A stretch of DNA of 64,000 bases from Microcoleus sp. (lineage in GTDB: Bacteria; Cyanobacteriota; Cyanobacteriia; Cyanobacteriales; Microcoleaceae), in the NCBI GenBank assembly GCA_042408215.1, contig JAYFMW010000028.1:64001-128000 (forward strand), given 5' to 3'. The notes beneath the pieces were generated by a model. That model saw nothing but the letters and a program-made list of their open reading frames with translations. It ran no database searches and was not told the DNA's origin. Shown here in pieces: positions 12,301-24,551 of the stretch (its first letter is position 1; each line of letters opens with the position of its first letter). The translations under genes were made by a program, and so were the position numbers.

Positions 12301-15300
12301 ACATCACCAATACCGCAGCCACTCCCACCAACTTCGGGAACTTCCTGCTAGGCAAAATCAGCGGGATCAAATTTAATGACCTCAACAAGAATGGCACCCA
12401 AGATTTGCCAGCAGAACAACCACTAGGAGGCTGGACAATCTACCTGGATGCCAACAACAGCGGCATTCAAGACGTAGTACCAGCCGAAACAGGCACCAAC
12501 GCCGCTGTCACCGATGTCACCGGCAAGTACCAGTTCACCAACCTGGTAGCAGGCACCTACAACGTCCGGGAAGTGCCACAAACCGGCTGGACACAAACGA
12601 CGCCCCTAGCCAGCGCAGCCACGCCTACCCTTTCCGGCGCATTTACCATCCCCGTCACCAGCGGCACCGACTCCAAAGACAAAAACTTCGGCAACTTCAA
12701 GCCCAATAGCATCAGCGGCCTGAAGTTCGATGACATCAACAACAATGGCATCAAAGATACCGGGGAACTAGGACTTCCAGACTGGGAAATCTACCTCGAT
12801 AGCAACGACAGCGGCACCCTCGACACAGGAGAAACGAAGGTCCTCACCGATGCCACAGGGAACTACAAATTCGCCGATTTGGCAGCAGGTACCTACGAGG
12901 TGCGGGAAGTGCCACAGCCGACTTGGACACAAACGACCCCCAACCCCGCTGACATCACTGTTACCAGCGATCAAAACATCGTTAATGTCAACTTCGGCAA
13001 CTTCAAGTCGAGTACGATTAGCGGCCAAAAATTCAACGACAGCAACAACAACGGTATCAAGGATGCCGGGGAACTGGGGCTGCCGAACTGGCAAATCTTC
13101 CTAGACAGTATCAACCCAGATGGCATCTTTCAACAGGGCGAACCGACTACCATTACCGATGCTGCCGGCAACTACACCCTGGTTAACATACCCGCAGGCA
13201 CTTACCAGGTGAGGGAAGTTCAGCAAAAGGGCTGGACGCAGACGACCCCCAACCCCGCTCCCTTTCTGGTTCAGAGTGGAGATAACAAAACCGGCGTTGA
13301 CTTCGGCAACTTCCTGCCCCAACCGGGCACTATCCAAGGCCTGAAGTTCCAAGACGCCAATAGCAATGGCACTCAAGACAGCGGTGAACTGGGTTTACCG
13401 GGTTTCCAAATTCAGTTAACTAACGTCACTCCCGGAGTAGTTGCTCCTACTCCTGTTACCACCACTACAGACAATAGTGGTAACTACCTGTTCACGAACC
13501 TGACGCCGGGAACCTACCGCGTCCGGGAAGTCGCGCAAACTGGGTTCACCCAAAGCACACCCGACCCCGCCGACATCGCGATCGCTTCTGGGGCTACTGT
13601 CAGCAACATCAATTTCGGGAACAAAGACAACAACTTCAAGCCCAATAGCATCAGCGGCCTGAAGTTCAATGACCTCAACAACAATGGCATCAAAGATACC
13701 GGGGAACTAGGACTTGACAAGTGGCAAATCTACCTCGATACCAACAACAACGACATCTTCGACACAGGAGAAACGAACGTCCTCACCGATGCCACAGGGA
13801 ACTACAAATTTCCCGCTTTGGCAGCAGGTACCTACAAGGTGCGGGAAGTACCACAGACCGGTTGGCTGCAAACGACCCCCAACCCCGCTGACATTACTGT
13901 TACCAGCGATCAAAACATCGTTAATGTCAACTTCGGCAACTTTAAGTCGAGTACGATTAGCGGCCAAAAATTCAGCGACAGCAACAACAACGGTATCAAG
14001 GATGCGGGGGAACTGGGGCTGCCGAACTGGCAAATCTTCCTCGATATCAACTCAGATGGTATCTTTCAGCAGGGTGAACTGACTACCATTACTAAGGCCG
14101 ATGGCAGCTATACTCTGAACCAAATACCCGCAGGCACTTACCAGGTGAGGGAAGTCCAGCAAACCGGCTGGACGCAGACGACCCCCAACCCCGCTGCCGT
14201 GACGATTACCGCTGGAGATAGTAAAACCGGTGTTGACTTCGGCAACTTCCTGCCCCAACCGGGCACTATCCAAGGCCTGAAGTTCCGAGACGGCAATAAC
14301 AATGGCACTCAAGACAGCGGTGAACTGGGTTTTCCCGGTTTCCAAATTCAGTTAACTAATGTCACGCCCGGAGTAGTTGCTCCTACTCCTGTTACTGCCA
14401 CTACAGACAATAGTGGTAACTACCTGTTCACGAACCTGACGCCGGGAACCTACCGCGTCCGGGAAGTCGCGCAAACTGGGTTCACCCAAAGCACCCCCGA
14501 CCCCGCCGACATCGCGATCGCTTCTGGGGCTACTGTCAGCAACATCAATTTCGGGAACTTCCCGACTCCTGCACCGACTCCGACACCCGCACCGACGCCG
14601 AGGCCGACTCCGATTCCGACTCCGGCACCGACTCCGGCACCGACTCCTGCACCGACTCCTGCACCGACTCCTGCACCGACTCCGGCACCGACTCCTGCAC
14701 CGACTCCGATTCCAGAACCAACTACTCCTCTGAGCTCACAAACGACTGATTTGGTTGGTCCAAGCGACTTCCCCAGGGTCGAGACTCCTAATCAGTCCGG
14801 CAGTCCGATCGGGGGTAATGCGATCTACGGCCCTAACGGCGACGATACGATCTTCGGTAGTGCAGCCCGTGACTCGATCTTCGGCTTGGATGGCAATGAT
14901 TTGATCTTTGGGCGACAGGGCGGCGACTATATCAATGGCAATACGGGCAACGATACTGTCTACGGAGGCATTGATAACGATACTCTCCTTGGTGGCAAAG
15001 GCTTTGACCTGATCTTTGGCGATCGCGGCAACGATATCATTTATGGTAATCGTGGCAATGACTCCATCTCTGGCGATGAAGGTGATGATTTATCCTACGG
15101 TGGCAAAGGCGATGACGTCATGTTGGGCGGCATCGGCAACGATGTCCTCTTTGGCGATCGAGGCAATGACACTCTTTGTGGCGGCAGTGGCGATGATATC
15201 CTATTTGGTGGCAGTGGCGATGACGTTCTTTTTGGCGACAGTGGCAACGATACTCTGATTGGTGGCTTTGGCAACGATACTCTGATGGGTGACGACGGCA

Positions 15301-15530
15301 GCAATGGCTTCTTCTTGGCACTGGGCAGCGGTTCGGACACGATTATTGATTTCACCCAAGGAGTTGATTCGCTGGTTTTGACGGGAGGCTTGGACTTCGG
15401 TCAATTGTCCTTTAGCCAAACTAACGGATCGGCAGCCATCAGGGTTGCTGGCACTGGTGAACTTTTGGCTATTCTCAATGGGGTGCGATCGAGCTTGCTA
15501 ACGGCTCAGGATTTCAACGTACTGGTTTAG
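9327..15530 (+). CDS. Giant surface/adhesin-like protein: DUF4347, Gly-rich region, SdrD-B-like repeats, Pro-Thr linker, RTX Ca-binding C-terminus
   Basis: HILSHG..LYGCNVA..GGDWVLE (DUF4347); DQRG..R...DIGAYE; repeated ISG.KF.D.N.NG..D.GE.GL..W.I.LD modules; (PAPT)n; GG.GND.L nonapeptides. Confidence 0.88.
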   Translation: MEFDKKRKQQIVFVDPKVKDYPILTESNHPNTKVIVLKGDRDGIEQIAETLKQRKNIAAVHILSHGAAASLQIGATELNLSNIETYRDRLETWFALPAEENSNSRITAKPEILLYGCNVAATEAGVAFVQRLSQLTGAEVAASDNLTGNAALGGDWVLEVTTGNIETALAFSAEAREVYSGVLGDLNQTTGDFNGLVNAINVANINTGTDTITLTGNINLTGLLPRITDTTTIVGAGFKITGSPTARAFVVDNTTFNISNLTIDSATAVGNSGTTGGGGAAGLGGALFINSGTVTVDRVTFSNNSALGGAGVAGNGGKGGSADLATVFRGTAGTNGRNGRNGLASNGAAGGVGEDGEAGGAGTAGGTGGIGGTGGTGVGGTNGGAGGIGGAGGAGSVVGSGGGGGGAGGVGGAAGSGTQGNGGNGGTGGAGTFGGGGGAGGAFGTGAISGAIGAGGLGGFGGGSGSGNGAIAGGTFGGAGAIGFGGGGAGLGGAIFINGGTFTMTNSTLYSNTVTGGASGGGAAIAGQAAGGAIFVNTGATATLTNNTIAYNTATAGNAGGIYNNGGTVTVKNTIVAGNIATTNTDVTGAFTGNNNLIGTLTGSTGLAATEDLTALGVPVANVLKPATDAGLNGATGVPFTLALVDNSPVTTSSNPAIGGGDPSITTVGATAFDQRGTGFPRKIDNTILTTPKPNIDIGAYEYGPVVQGQKFNDINGDSLQGAAATEPGLGGWTITAGTKTATTSAVAATLGQYTLYDTKANTAIAETAQAGWTQTFPTTPTTIGTTDLFDATANFGNFQLMTINGLIFDDKNGNGVQDSGDTGLDNIPIDLINSVTGATISTQPTTATGAYSFPNLGPLTGGASYRVREVVPTDSTKTTTDPADIPLQSGLTVAVPNFGNFKKITISGTKFEDKDGNGALNGAEGAPANTWDIQLLNAAGAVAQTKTTDATGNYTFTDVGPGTYTLKEVAQTGWQSTLAPAGSITATSGVNITNTAATPTNFGNFLLGKISGIKFNDLNKNGTQDLPAEQPLGGWTIYLDANNSGIQDVVPAETGTNAAVTDVTGKYQFTNLVAGTYNVREVPQTGWTQTTPLASAATPTLSGAFTIPVTSGTDSKDKNFGNFKPNSISGLKFDDINNNGIKDTGELGLPDWEIYLDSNDSGTLDTGETKVLTDATGNYKFADLAAGTYEVREVPQPTWTQTTPNPADITVTSDQNIVNVNFGNFKSSTISGQKFNDSNNNGIKDAGELGLPNWQIFLDSINPDGIFQQGEPTTITDAAGNYTLVNIPAGTYQVREVQQKGWTQTTPNPAPFLVQSGDNKTGVDFGNFLPQPGTIQGLKFQDANSNGTQDSGELGLPGFQIQLTNVTPGVVAPTPVTTTTDNSGNYLFTNLTPGTYRVREVAQTGFTQSTPDPADIAIASGATVSNINFGNKDNNFKPNSISGLKFNDLNNNGIKDTGELGLDKWQIYLDTNNNDIFDTGETNVLTDATGNYKFPALAAGTYKVREVPQTGWLQTTPNPADITVTSDQNIVNVNFGNFKSSTISGQKFSDSNNNGIKDAGELGLPNWQIFLDINSDGIFQQGELTTITKADGSYTLNQIPAGTYQVREVQQTGWTQTTPNPAAVTITAGDSKTGVDFGNFLPQPGTIQGLKFRDGNNNGTQDSGELGFPGFQIQLTNVTPGVVAPTPVTATTDNSGNYLFTNLTPGTYRVREVAQTGFTQSTPDPADIAIASGATVSNINFGNFPTPAPTPTPAPTPRPTPIPTPAPTPAPTPAPTPAPTPAPTPAPTPAPTPIPEPTTPLSSQTTDLVGPSDFPRVETPNQSGSPIGGNAIYGPNGDDTIFGSAARDSIFGLDGNDLIFGRQGGDYINGNTGNDTVYGGIDNDTLLGGKGFDLIFGDRGNDIIYGNRGNDSISGDEGDDLSYGGKGDDVMLGGIGNDVLFGDRGNDTLCGGSGDDILFGGSGDDVLFGDSGNDTLIGGFGNDTLMGDDGSNGFFLALGSGSDTIIDFTQGVDSLVLTGGLDFGQLSFSQTNGSAAIRVAGTGELLAILNGVRSSLLTAQDFNVLV

Positions 15531-15543
15531 TCCGGCAGTCCGG

Positions 15544-15678
15544 CAGGGGTTTAAACCCCTGCCTCAAAGAAATCAGGACACGGCAGTGCCGTGTCCCTAC
15601 ATGATTATTTTGGGGTAGGGAAACGGCACTGCCGTGTCCGACTTTGCTTGCGGAGAAAAGCTCTGCCTGGGAACGAGA
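15544..15678. repeat. Cluster of REP-like palindromes between convergent genes
   Basis: caggggtttaaacccctg; inverted pair ggacacggcagtgccgtgtccctac / gtagggaaacggcactgccgtgtcc; gctctgcctgggaacgag. Confidence 0.7.
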
Positions 15679-15704
15679 GATTCTATTCCATTCCCGTTGC
15701 TGGT

Positions 15705-16085
15705 TTAAATTTGTTCTAAATATCTGAGCAAGTCTGCCATTTCTTGCGGATTTGGCTGGAACTGGGGCATGGGCGGGGTTTGCCCGCTGGTGACTTGGCG
15801 GATTAAATCGAATTCGGATTTGCGCTGGGACACTAAGTGTAAGTTTGGCCCGACTTGACTGTCGGACAGGGATGTGTGACACCCGGCACAGTTCATTTGA
15901 AAGATGGCGGAGCCCTGAATCGGGTCTCCAGTCAAGGACAGTACGCTGCTGACATAGGGATCGGCGACCTGAAAGTGGTGCATTGCTAAAGTGGATAACA
16001 CGATCGCGATCGAGAATGATAGCACAAATATGCCAAGTCGCTCGATCGGGTTTTTAGTTTCATTTCTGGCAAATTGGTTATTCAA
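15705..16085 (-). CDS. cytM: Cytochrome cM
   Basis: N-terminal TM, CAGCH heme motif, VGPNL, TPPMPQFQP; divergent from petG. Confidence 0.82.
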   Translation of the reverse strand: MNNQFARNETKNPIERLGIFVLSFSIAIVLSTLAMHHFQVADPYVSSVLSLTGDPIQGSAIFQMNCAGCHTSLSDSQVGPNLHLVSQRKSEFDLIRQVTSGQTPPMPQFQPNPQEMADLLRYLEQI

Positions 16086-16266
16086 AGGATTTCAATTAAA
16101 AAAAGTAATCTACAAGAAAGTTTATTTCTCATAACATAGCTTAATCCTTTGCAGCGGGGATATCAAGCTCTGAGACCCCTGTAATGGTTCTTTTGGGAAA
16201 ATTCATCTGTGTAACTGCTGGTAATATTAAAAATAGGTTGTTAAATCTTAACGATAAGGAGCTCTC

Positions 16267-16386
16267 ATGGTAGAACCGTTGCTTTCAGGTATTGTTCTGG
16301 GTCTGATCTTTGTTACTCTGTCGGGGCTGTTTTTTGCTGCTTATCAGCAGTACAAGCGCGGCGATCAGTTGGGTATCAACAAGTAA
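16267..16386 (+). CDS. petG: Cytochrome b6f subunit 5 (39 aa; not in ORF track)
   Basis: Manual translation [39 protein letters not shown] with aaggag RBS. Confidence 0.95.
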   Translation: MVEPLLSGIVLGLIFVTLSGLFFAAYQQYKRGDQLGINK

Positions 16387-16566
16387 ATCGGCTTGTAGGG
16401 GCGGTGCCAAGAGTGCCCACCCCATCTGGGGAGAGGGGGAGAATGGGAGAGGGGAGAGTGGGGGATGAAAAAAAAATCTTCCTCCATCCCTTTTCCTTCT
16501 ACCCTCGAACTGACCTCCGTGACATCCGTTAAATCCGTTACAAAATCCGCTGCCGAACTTCCTTCG

Positions 16567-17649
16567 TTAAAGATACCGATCGAGAATAGCAGCAGTTTCC
16601 CGGCCTGTTTTTTCCCAGCTAAATTGTTTTGCTCTCGCCAAACCGAGGGCTCTCAGGTGCGATCGCACTTGAGGATCTACTACAAGCTCGTGCATAGCAG
16701 CGCCAATTTCCGCCACGCTGTAAGGATTAACTAACAACGCGCCGTCCCCCCCCACCTCTGGGAGAGAAGACAGGTTAGAGGTGATTACAGGAGTACCACA
16801 AGCCATTGCTTCGAGCACGGGGAGGCCGAATCCTTCCCAAAGACTGGGGAAAACTAGGGCGATCGCCTGATTGATGACTTTCGGCAAATCACCAGCGGGA
16901 ATGTAATCTAAGAATTTTACGCGATCGGCTAATCCCAATTCTTGCACCTGAGCTTTCAGCAGTGGCGTATAACGTTTATCTTCCGATCCAGCTATCCACA
17001 ATTCGCACTCGCAACTGCTGGGTAAAGCAGCAAATCCTGCTAGGATTCGCTGCAAGTTTTTATGAGGATTGTGGCGGCCAATATAAAGAAAATAATTGCT
17101 AGTTGGCAAATCTAGAAAGCGGAAAAAACTGCTATCATATCCAGGGGAAATTGGCGTAATTAAATCAGTAGGAATTTTACAAAAATCGGCAATATCTTTC
17201 GCAGTTGCTTCAGAATCGCAAATAACGTGCTGAGCCTGTCGCAGCACTTGGGGAATATAGTAGCGGTGGTAGGGCGTGAGAGGATCGAAGCGGCGGGGAA
17301 ATCGCAGTGCAATTAAATCATGTACTGTAATTATATAGCGACAACCTGCAAATACCGGAGCTTCGGGAATTGGGGAAAATATTAAGTTAGATTTTAACTC
17401 TTTGTAAATTTGGGGAAGCTGGGTTTGTGTCCACACCAATCTGTTTATATGTCCTTTGGTTCCTTGTTCGGGAGTTAGGTTTGATGGGATTTTGTAGCAG
17501 GTGTAGTTTGGTATTTCGGCGGCTGTTAGTAATGTTGGATTGAGGGATTTTAGGTGGGGAAATAGGTTTTTGGCGTAGATGGCTAAGCCGGTTGGTTTGG
17601 AAATTAAGAAGGAGAGGTTGATTAGTAAGTTGGATTGGGGATTTGGCAT
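16567..17649 (-). CDS. Glycosyltransferase, GT4 family
   Basis: TVHDL and [19 protein letters not shown] motifs. Confidence 0.9.
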   Translation of the reverse strand: MPNPQSNLLINLSFLISKPTGLAIYAKNLFPHLKSLNPTLLTAAEIPNYTCYKIPSNLTPEQGTKGHINRLVWTQTQLPQIYKELKSNLIFSPIPEAPVFAGCRYIITVHDLIALRFPRRFDPLTPYHRYYIPQVLRQAQHVICDSEATAKDIADFCKIPTDLITPISPGYDSSFFRFLDLPTSNYFLYIGRHNPHKNLQRILAGFAALPSSCECELWIAGSEDKRYTPLLKAQVQELGLADRVKFLDYIPAGDLPKVINQAIALVFPSLWEGFGLPVLEAMACGTPVITSNLSSLPEVGGDGALLVNPYSVAEIGAAMHELVVDPQVRSHLRALGLARAKQFSWEKTGRETAAILDRYL

Positions 17650-17839
17650 GGGATAATATATAGATTGCGGTTTTTAGTGGGATTTTTTTTTGTTAACCGC
17701 AGAGGGCGCAGAGGGCGCAGAGAGTGTACGCAAAAAACCCGGTTTCTTCCAACAATCGTTGCTTTTTTCGAGAAATCCAAGATTTTTTTTACCGCAGAGG
17801 GCGCAGAGGGCGCAGAGAGGAGAGATTAAGAGAGAAGAT

Positions 17840-18910
17840 TTAAAGGTATTTTTGTAAAATATTGGCAGTGGTTTCTCCGGTTTTGTTCCAGCTAAATTGA
17901 GCTGATCTGGCTAAACTAGCTGTTTTTAAGTTCGATCGCAATTTTGAATCTGTTGCTACTGTTTTCATGGCTTCGGCGATTTCTCCAACGCTGTAAGGAT
18001 TTACTAATAATGCCGCATCTCCGGCTACTTCTGGCATTGATGATAGGTTGGAGGTAATGACGGGAGTGCCGCAAGCCATTGCTTCTAAAATTGGTAAGCC
18101 GAATCCTTCCCAAAGTGTGGGGAATACTAGGGCGATGGCTTGATTCATTAGTACGGGTAATTGTTCGTAGGAAACGTAACCCAAAAATTTGATGGAAGAT
18201 TTTAGTCCTAATTCTTCAACTTGTGCTATTAACTGCGGTGTGTAGGTATTGGGAGGCCCTGCTAGCCAAAGTTCGTAGTTTGTGCGATCGCTCAAACTCG
18301 CAAATGCTGTAATTAATCTTTCTAAGTTTTTATAAGGATCATTTCTCCCTGTATAAAGAAAATAATTTTTGGTCGGCAAGTCTAGATGTCTAAAGTTAAT
18401 ATTATCACAAGCTAGGGGAATTGCCGTCATTTTCTTAGCGGGAATCTGAAAAAAGTTAGCAACATCCTCTGCGGTTGCTTGAGAATCGCAAATAATGTGT
18501 TCTGCTTGTCGCAAAACCTGCGGTATGTAGTAGCGAAAATAAGCTCTTAAGCGAGAAAACCGTTTGAAAAATCGTAAAGGAATTAAATCGTGTACTGTGA
18601 CGATGTAGCGGCAGCCGGAATACAAAGGTGCTTCTGGAATTGGAGAAAATATCAGGTTTGAATCCAATTTATTGTAAATTTTAGGCAGATTAAACTGAGT
18701 CCACCTGAGCCTGTTTATTTGTCCTTTTGTTCCTCGATCTGGTGTGAGATTTTCGGGTGTTTGATAGCAAGTATAATCGTCAATCTGCTGGGAAACAAGT
18801 AATGTTGGTTCTAGCTGTTGAAGTTGGGGAAAAAGATTGGCTGCATAAGTCCCGATTCCCGTTGGTTCAGGTGTTAAGAATGACAAATTAATTAACAGTG
18901 AATTAGGCAT
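17840..18910 (-). CDS. Glycosyltransferase, GT4 family; paralog of the adjacent gene
   Basis: [19 protein letters not shown]; similar over its full length to 16567..17649. Confidence 0.9.
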   Translation of the reverse strand: MPNSLLINLSFLTPEPTGIGTYAANLFPQLQQLEPTLLVSQQIDDYTCYQTPENLTPDRGTKGQINRLRWTQFNLPKIYNKLDSNLIFSPIPEAPLYSGCRYIVTVHDLIPLRFFKRFSRLRAYFRYYIPQVLRQAEHIICDSQATAEDVANFFQIPAKKMTAIPLACDNINFRHLDLPTKNYFLYTGRNDPYKNLERLITAFASLSDRTNYELWLAGPPNTYTPQLIAQVEELGLKSSIKFLGYVSYEQLPVLMNQAIALVFPTLWEGFGLPILEAMACGTPVITSNLSSMPEVAGDAALLVNPYSVGEIAEAMKTVATDSKLRSNLKTASLARSAQFSWNKTGETTANILQKYL

Positions 18911-18939
18911 GATTCCCTCGAACACAATTTATCTATATT

Positions 18940-19240
18940 GTAGGCGGGTTTTACCAACAATCTACGTCTGAAACAAATCATCTCCTAAACCCGCCCCCCA
19001 CCAAACGAACTATCCAAATTTACATTTTTCGGCTTGGATAAAAGTCAAGGTTGATGTAATACCAAATCCGGATCTACACCCGACCTATCTTCCTCTTCTT
19101 CTTTGTGTCCTTCGCGTCTTCGCGGTAGAACAAAAAGGGATTTATGTCAACGGATTTGGTGTAAGTTATTGGTTGTGTGGGGGCGGGTTTATATAAATTG
19201 TTTGTCATCATTAAATATTGTTGGTAAAACCCGCCCCTAC
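18940..19240. repeat. Inverted GTAG-type REP pair enclosing a small inverted-repeat element
   Basis: gtaggcgggttttaccaacaat ... attgttggtaaaacccgcccctac; inner taccaaatccg (19060) ... cggatttggtg (19151). Confidence 0.6.
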
Positions 19241-19245
19241 GCAAT

Positions 19246-21384
19246 TTATCCCTCGCGATTGATATGGACCATTTGAGCTACATCCGCTGGATTTGGCAGA
19301 CGAATTGTAGCATATTCTTTGTGAATAATCTCAAAGAAATGCTTGACTTTTTCCTCGAAATGTGCCAGTCTAAAATACTGACTGCGCTGATAAGCGACAG
19401 CTTGAATTTCTGCTAGCAAATCGGGATTAATAATTAGCTGATGTGAATGGTGGCAAAGTTCCTCAACGCTATTGAATAAAAAACCCGATCGCCCATTTTC
19501 GACAATTTCCGGTTGGCCACCACCGTTGAAAACAATCGGAGCACAACGGTTTTGCATTGCTTCTACAGTCGCCATCCCGAAATGTTCAAATCTTTGAGGA
19601 TTTACTTCTCCCAAACCGCAGGCGTGCCAAAATATGCTGGCTCTAGCATAAAGCGATTTTACCTCCTCTAAGTCAGCATTGACTTTTAGTTCGATCGCAC
19701 CCGCATCTTGCTTCAATAAATTCTGGACAGTCTTTAAATAAGGATTCTTCGGAATGCTACTTCCCACTAAAACTAGCCGCCATCCTTGCAGTTGTTCTGG
19801 ATAATCCCCTCGCAAACTGCGGAAAGCTTTAATCAATTCAATTTGCTTTTTCGTTCCCCCAGCTTCAAACTGTCCCACAGCTAAAATTATGTTTTCTTTT
19901 GGGACTTTAACTGTTTCTATGTCCACGGGCGGATACAGTAAAAAAGTGGGTTTTAGGTTCCAGCGTTTGTCCAACCACTTGACAGTAAATTGACTGTTTG
20001 CAATAATGAAAGTATAGTCATCAACGGCAAAGTGGCGGTTGCGAAAGGTATTGGGAAAATGGCAGAAAAATACTGAAATCGGCGACAACGGTTTAACTTT
20101 TTCCAGTTGATTAGCGTTGACAAAAATATCGTAATTTTTGCTGGCTCTGGCAATTTCATCAAAGGGATTTTCCAAGTCATCCGTAATTATGCTCGAATCA
20201 ATACACTGCATTCCGCGCTTCTCGTAAAACGGTAAGGGAATAATTTTGATTTGGCATTCTGAAAGGTTCAAACCATACCATGATTCTAATTCGGAAATAG
20301 TAACTGGTTTGTTGGTAATAAAAGTAATGTCAAATTGATTTTGTAGCAGCGAAGCCATCGTAGCCACGTATTTTTGTCCGCCACCAATAAAATGCAGTCC
20401 GTGATCGTAAATCGCGATCGACATTTTGCGATCGCCTCGCACCACCTCTAACCGTGATAAAATGCGATCGACTTTGAGATGACTGTAAATCACAGCTAAC
20501 TTATCAGACAATTGCGGCAGTACAGTTTCGACGATCTCCGGTTTCTGATATTCATACAATTTTTTAATTGCTACAAATAAACTTTCCAGCAACAAATCGT
20601 ATTGTTTGTGAGTGAAAAAATCCGAAGTGTGAAGAGAAGCGGCAAGTTGCAAAGGTTCGTGTTTTGCCAAATACAAAAACCGATTGCGGTTGCAAAAATA
20701 CTCTGTGATTTTGCTACCTTTACTCGAACCTCGGTATTCGTGATGCGCTATAGCTGTCGGAGTATAAAGCATTTTCCAACCCTGTTTTTGGCAGCGTTTA
20801 GAATATTCTACATCCTCAAAATACATCACAAAATCTTCATCTATTTGACCAACTATTTCGAGACATTCCTTGCGGAAAAGCACAGCAGCCCAACAAAGAC
20901 CTTCTACTTCGCGTTCTGTGTTATACTGTCCTGAATCTTTCTCGCCAAAGCCGACATCTCGCCAAAAAAAATTAGGCAATTGTTGGATGCCAACACTGTT
21001 AATTCGCCCGTCTTTAAACAGCAATTTCCCGCTTGCAGCACCTACATTTTTGTGTGTTTCTAGCAGCTTTACCAGGATTTCTAGCCAGTGGCTATCAAGG
21101 GTGGCATCGTTATTGAGGAAACCGATATATTGTCCTTTAGCTTGGCTGACACCCAGGTTTAGAGCTTTAGCAAAGTTGTTTTCTGAGTTGACAAAAACGC
21201 GCACTTGGGGAAATAGTTCGCTCAGAGTGTTAACTGATTCGTCTTGAGAGCAGTTATCTATTAAAATTACGTCTAGTTGCTGTTCAGGATAGGCAAGTTT
21301 TTGCAGAGATTTTAGGCAATCTTTCGTCTGGCGAAGACCTTTATAATTGACGATAATTAGCGAACATATTGGTATTGAGGTCAT
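19246..21384 (-). CDS. Bifunctional GT2 + GT4 glycosyltransferase
   Basis: N-terminal IIVNY..DNCSQD..FLNND..YFEDVE; C-terminal EHFGMATVEAM. Confidence 0.88.
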   Translation of the reverse strand: MTSIPICSLIIVNYKGLRQTKDCLKSLQKLAYPEQQLDVILIDNCSQDESVNTLSELFPQVRVFVNSENNFAKALNLGVSQAKGQYIGFLNNDATLDSHWLEILVKLLETHKNVGAASGKLLFKDGRINSVGIQQLPNFFWRDVGFGEKDSGQYNTEREVEGLCWAAVLFRKECLEIVGQIDEDFVMYFEDVEYSKRCQKQGWKMLYTPTAIAHHEYRGSSKGSKITEYFCNRNRFLYLAKHEPLQLAASLHTSDFFTHKQYDLLLESLFVAIKKLYEYQKPEIVETVLPQLSDKLAVIYSHLKVDRILSRLEVVRGDRKMSIAIYDHGLHFIGGGQKYVATMASLLQNQFDITFITNKPVTISELESWYGLNLSECQIKIIPLPFYEKRGMQCIDSSIITDDLENPFDEIARASKNYDIFVNANQLEKVKPLSPISVFFCHFPNTFRNRHFAVDDYTFIIANSQFTVKWLDKRWNLKPTFLLYPPVDIETVKVPKENIILAVGQFEAGGTKKQIELIKAFRSLRGDYPEQLQGWRLVLVGSSIPKNPYLKTVQNLLKQDAGAIELKVNADLEEVKSLYARASIFWHACGLGEVNPQRFEHFGMATVEAMQNRCAPIVFNGGGQPEIVENGRSGFLFNSVEELCHHSHQLIINPDLLAEIQAVAYQRSQYFRLAHFEEKVKHFFEIIHKEYATIRLPNPADVAQMVHINREG

Positions 21385-21570
21385 TTTAGATTTTAGATTT
21401 TAGATTTTAGATTTTAGATTGATCTCGCAGATGAATTCGGGGGCTTGTGACTAAATTGCTTTGGGTCATTTTTGATTCACGACTTACGCACTCAAGGGTG
21501 GTGTTTCAAGACTTTGAGATTCTTCGTTTTACTCAGAATGACAGAATTATATCCAAATGTCTAAGTCCTA

Positions 21571-22098
21571 TTATTGTCGATGGAGCAACTGAGCGTTAAT
21601 TTGAGCTAAAATAGCACTCTGCTGCTGCTGTACTGCTTGAATTTGCTCTATTTCAGATTGAAGGGCTGTTATGGCTTTTTGCTGAGTTTCAAGCTGTGCT
21701 GTAACTTCGAGAAACCCATTCCTAAATTCCCCTTGCAGTTTTTGATCTAGATTTTTTTGATTCTCCTGCAATTTTTGCAACTGGTTGCTCAATGTTTGAA
21801 CGACGCGGGTATTGGCAAAATTGTAAATTACTTGTCGTTCCAGTACCGGTCTGAGCAATTTTCGGACTATTTTTCTAACTGCGATGACTACGGAACCAAG
21901 CCGCCTTTGATAAGAGGTAATTGGGACATTATAAATATCAAAACCAGTTTTTAGCAAGGCGATATCTTCGTCTTCTTCATCAAGGGCTATCGTACTATTT
22001 TTGCTCCCAGACTGCGGCGAATTAGCCACAATTAGTGGCTCCAAAGTTTGCCGTAATTTATCTATTATCTGTTGAGTTGGTACTTTTTCGTACTGCAA
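21571..22098 (-). CDS. Hypothetical coiled-coil protein in the glycan biosynthesis cluster
   Basis: TTG start after aggagg; ITS..RLG....RK.VRKLLRP.LERQ..YN then Q-rich coiled coil. Confidence 0.65.
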   Translation of the reverse strand: MQYEKVPTQQIIDKLRQTLEPLIVANSPQSGSKNSTIALDEEDEDIALLKTGFDIYNVPITSYQRRLGSVVIAVRKIVRKLLRPVLERQVIYNFANTRVVQTLSNQLQKLQENQKNLDQKLQGEFRNGFLEVTAQLETQQKAITALQSEIEQIQAVQQQQSAILAQINAQLLHRQ

Positions 22099-22181
22099 TC
22101 TTTCGCCTCCTTTCTATCAACTCTAATAACGTAGGGTGCGCTGCGGCGCACCTTACCTGAATCTCACAACCTTCCTCTTCT

Positions 22182-23255
22182 TTAAACTAACTCGATTTGA
22201 CTGTCATCGCCAATCATAAACCGCAGAGCTTTCGGGCGCGGAGGGGCCTTAGTAATTTTAGCTCGTTGTCCCACTACACTGTCAACAATTCGCTGGTGAA
22301 TGCCAACTATTCTCGCCCCTTGCAGTATTACACTGTGTTCGATATCAGCATCAATCATCGTCACTCGATCGGCAATACTGCTGTAAGGCCCGATAAAGCA
22401 ATTTTCGATGTGGCAATTTTCCCCAATCACCACCGGCCCGCGAACGGTAGAATTAATTACTTCAGTTCCTTCGCCTATTTGCACTCGCCCGATAATTTGA
22501 CTTTTCTCATCTACTTTTAATTCGGTTGAAGCTACGATACAGCTATCTAGAATAATTTGGTTAGCACTCAGCAAATCGTCTTTTTTTCCCGTATCCAACC
22601 ACCAACCTTCTAAATTGCAGGCTTCTACTTTTTTTTGTCGATCGATCAACTGTTGAATCGCATCGGTAATTTCGAGCTCGCCACGGGGCGAAGGCTGAAT
22701 TTGATCGATCGCCTCGTGAATCGTAGGAGCAAAAAAGTAAATCCCGACCAGTGCTAAATTAGAAGGCGGGACTTTGGGTTTTTCTACAAGTTGCAAAACT
22801 CGCCCATTTTCATCTACTTTTGCCACCCCGAAAGCACTAGGATTTTGGACTGGTCGCAACAGAATTAAAGCGTCTAGCTGGTGCTTTTTAAAAGTCTCTA
22901 AAAACGGATCGAGTTGATTCTGAATTAAGTTATCTCCTAAATACATAATAAACGGAGAATCGCCCAAAAATGGTCTAGCAATTTTCACCGCGTGAGCCAG
23001 TCCCGCCGGTTCGTTTTGCAAGATATAAGTAATTTTTGCACCAAAGCGATCGCCATTTCCGGTTTTCGCCTTCACCTCTTCCCCGGTTTCAGGACTAATA
23101 ATAATCCCAATATCCGTAATACCTGCCGCCACAATTCCTTCAATTCCGTACCACAGTATGGGCTTATTTGCCACCGGCACCAACTGCTTAGCACCTGTAT
23201 AGGTGAGGGGACGCAAACGTGTTCCTTTGCCGCCAGAGAGGATTAATGCTTTCAT
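22182..23255 (-). CDS. rfbA: Glucose-1-phosphate thymidylyltransferase (long form)
   Basis: MKALILSGGKGTRLRPLT..KQLVPVANKP, GELEITDA, WWLDTGK. Confidence 0.93.
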   Translation of the reverse strand: MKALILSGGKGTRLRPLTYTGAKQLVPVANKPILWYGIEGIVAAGITDIGIIISPETGEEVKAKTGNGDRFGAKITYILQNEPAGLAHAVKIARPFLGDSPFIMYLGDNLIQNQLDPFLETFKKHQLDALILLRPVQNPSAFGVAKVDENGRVLQLVEKPKVPPSNLALVGIYFFAPTIHEAIDQIQPSPRGELEITDAIQQLIDRQKKVEACNLEGWWLDTGKKDDLLSANQIILDSCIVASTELKVDEKSQIIGRVQIGEGTEVINSTVRGPVVIGENCHIENCFIGPYSSIADRVTMIDADIEHSVILQGARIVGIHQRIVDSVVGQRAKITKAPPRPKALRFMIGDDSQIELV

Positions 23256-23458
23256 TTAGTTAATTCTCAGTTATCCTTTAGGGTGTACAGTGCTGGCTCG
23301 ATTCGCCTGCACTTGTTCGCTCTCGTTAATTCTAAAGCACTGCTACTCCGCTGGCAATAGCTGCCGTGTTTTCTGATACAAATGATTTGTGCGATCGAAC
23401 TTTTAGCATTTAGGTGTAAGGTGCTTATAGCCCACTATACATTTAATTGCCTACCTTT

Positions 23459-24169
23459 TTAATAGCGGCCGTACCGGGCGATAACTGCACCGCGGCCATG
23501 CTGTTGATTTGTCAGCCAAGCCCACATCTGATCCCCCAAGCAAAAATGCCACCACTCGTGAGGATGTTGCTGAAAACCAGCAGCTATCATCACATCTTTT
23601 AATATTTGCCTGTGACGGTGATATTGCTGTTCTTGCGGCTCATTGCTGCTAGCAAAATAATCGGGATAAGAACGTTCTGATATTTCATCTATGGGAGAAC
23701 CCATATCAATTTTTTGATGGTTTTCATCTACTAAAGTTAGATCTAATGCACCACCTGTGCTATGAGGAGGAGGTGTGGCGCGATCGAGGCTGGGCACTGC
23801 CCAAAATTGATATACTTTCTCTAAAATTACTTGGCGTTTTTCTTCTGAAACCGGCAATTCGCAGCCTTGAGCTTGGGCAATTTCTGCAAAAGTATAATCT
23901 ACCATAAATTGCTGCACTTCCACCGGACGGTAAGCGTCAAATATCAGAATTTTCCAATGAGGATGATTTTGCTGTAGCTGGGTTTTAGCCACCATCAAAC
24001 TATCTCTAACTCCCTCACGCAAATAGTAAGGGGAATCTGCTTTGCTGTTGTGATAGGGTGCGCCTAATTTTTGATAAGGATGCGGATTTTCTAAGGCAAA
24101 ATTTTCGGAGGTAATTGAGACTAAAGGTTCGCTGCATTCGAGAATGGGTATTTGCTGGTAGGGTTTCAT
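23459..24169 (-). CDS. ddpX: D-Ala-D-Ala dipeptidase (VanX/DdpX, M15D)
   Basis: DAYRP..VQ, PHSTGGALDLTL, EWWHF motifs. Confidence 0.88.
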   Translation of the reverse strand: MKPYQQIPILECSEPLVSITSENFALENPHPYQKLGAPYHNSKADSPYYLREGVRDSLMVAKTQLQQNHPHWKILIFDAYRPVEVQQFMVDYTFAEIAQAQGCELPVSEEKRQVILEKVYQFWAVPSLDRATPPPHSTGGALDLTLVDENHQKIDMGSPIDEISERSYPDYFASSNEPQEQQYHRHRQILKDVMIAAGFQQHPHEWWHFCLGDQMWAWLTNQQHGRGAVIARYGRY

Positions 24170-24194
24170 CTAAAGGTTTTGATATCCTTGATAA

Positions 24195-24431
24195 TTATTG
24201 TACTACTCGGTATATGCTTTTAACTTGAGTCAGACGGGTTGCAAATAGCAAAGCAGCTAGAATATCCTCATGCTCTAAATCGTCATAGTCATCTATAATT
24301 TCCTTTGCATTCATGCCAGAACTGAGCAATTCAAGAATCAACTCTACAGGATAGCGTAGGCCGCGAATACAGGGTTTTCCGTGACAGATGTTCGGATCTA
24401 GTGTAATTCGCTGCAAAAGTTTGTTTTCCAT
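24195..24431 (-). CDS. DUF433 protein (antitoxin-type)
   Basis: ITLDPNICHGKPCIRGLRYPV..ILELL. Confidence 0.88.
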   Translation of the reverse strand: MENKLLQRITLDPNICHGKPCIRGLRYPVELILELLSSGMNAKEIIDDYDDLEHEDILAALLFATRLTQVKSIYRVVQ

Positions 24432-24551
24432 ATTTTAAAATCAAATGTTGGATCTAGTATAACCTCATAAGAGCTTTTATTCAAGTGTTAGTAAAGACTT
24501 GAGGATGTTAATTGTACATTTAAAGTCCTCAAGTCCTGACTGCAAAAAATC

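Noticed and set aside
9663..15419. Many antisense and alternate-frame ORFs in the giant gene
   Set aside because: Shadow frames of Gly/Thr-rich repetitive coding sequence.
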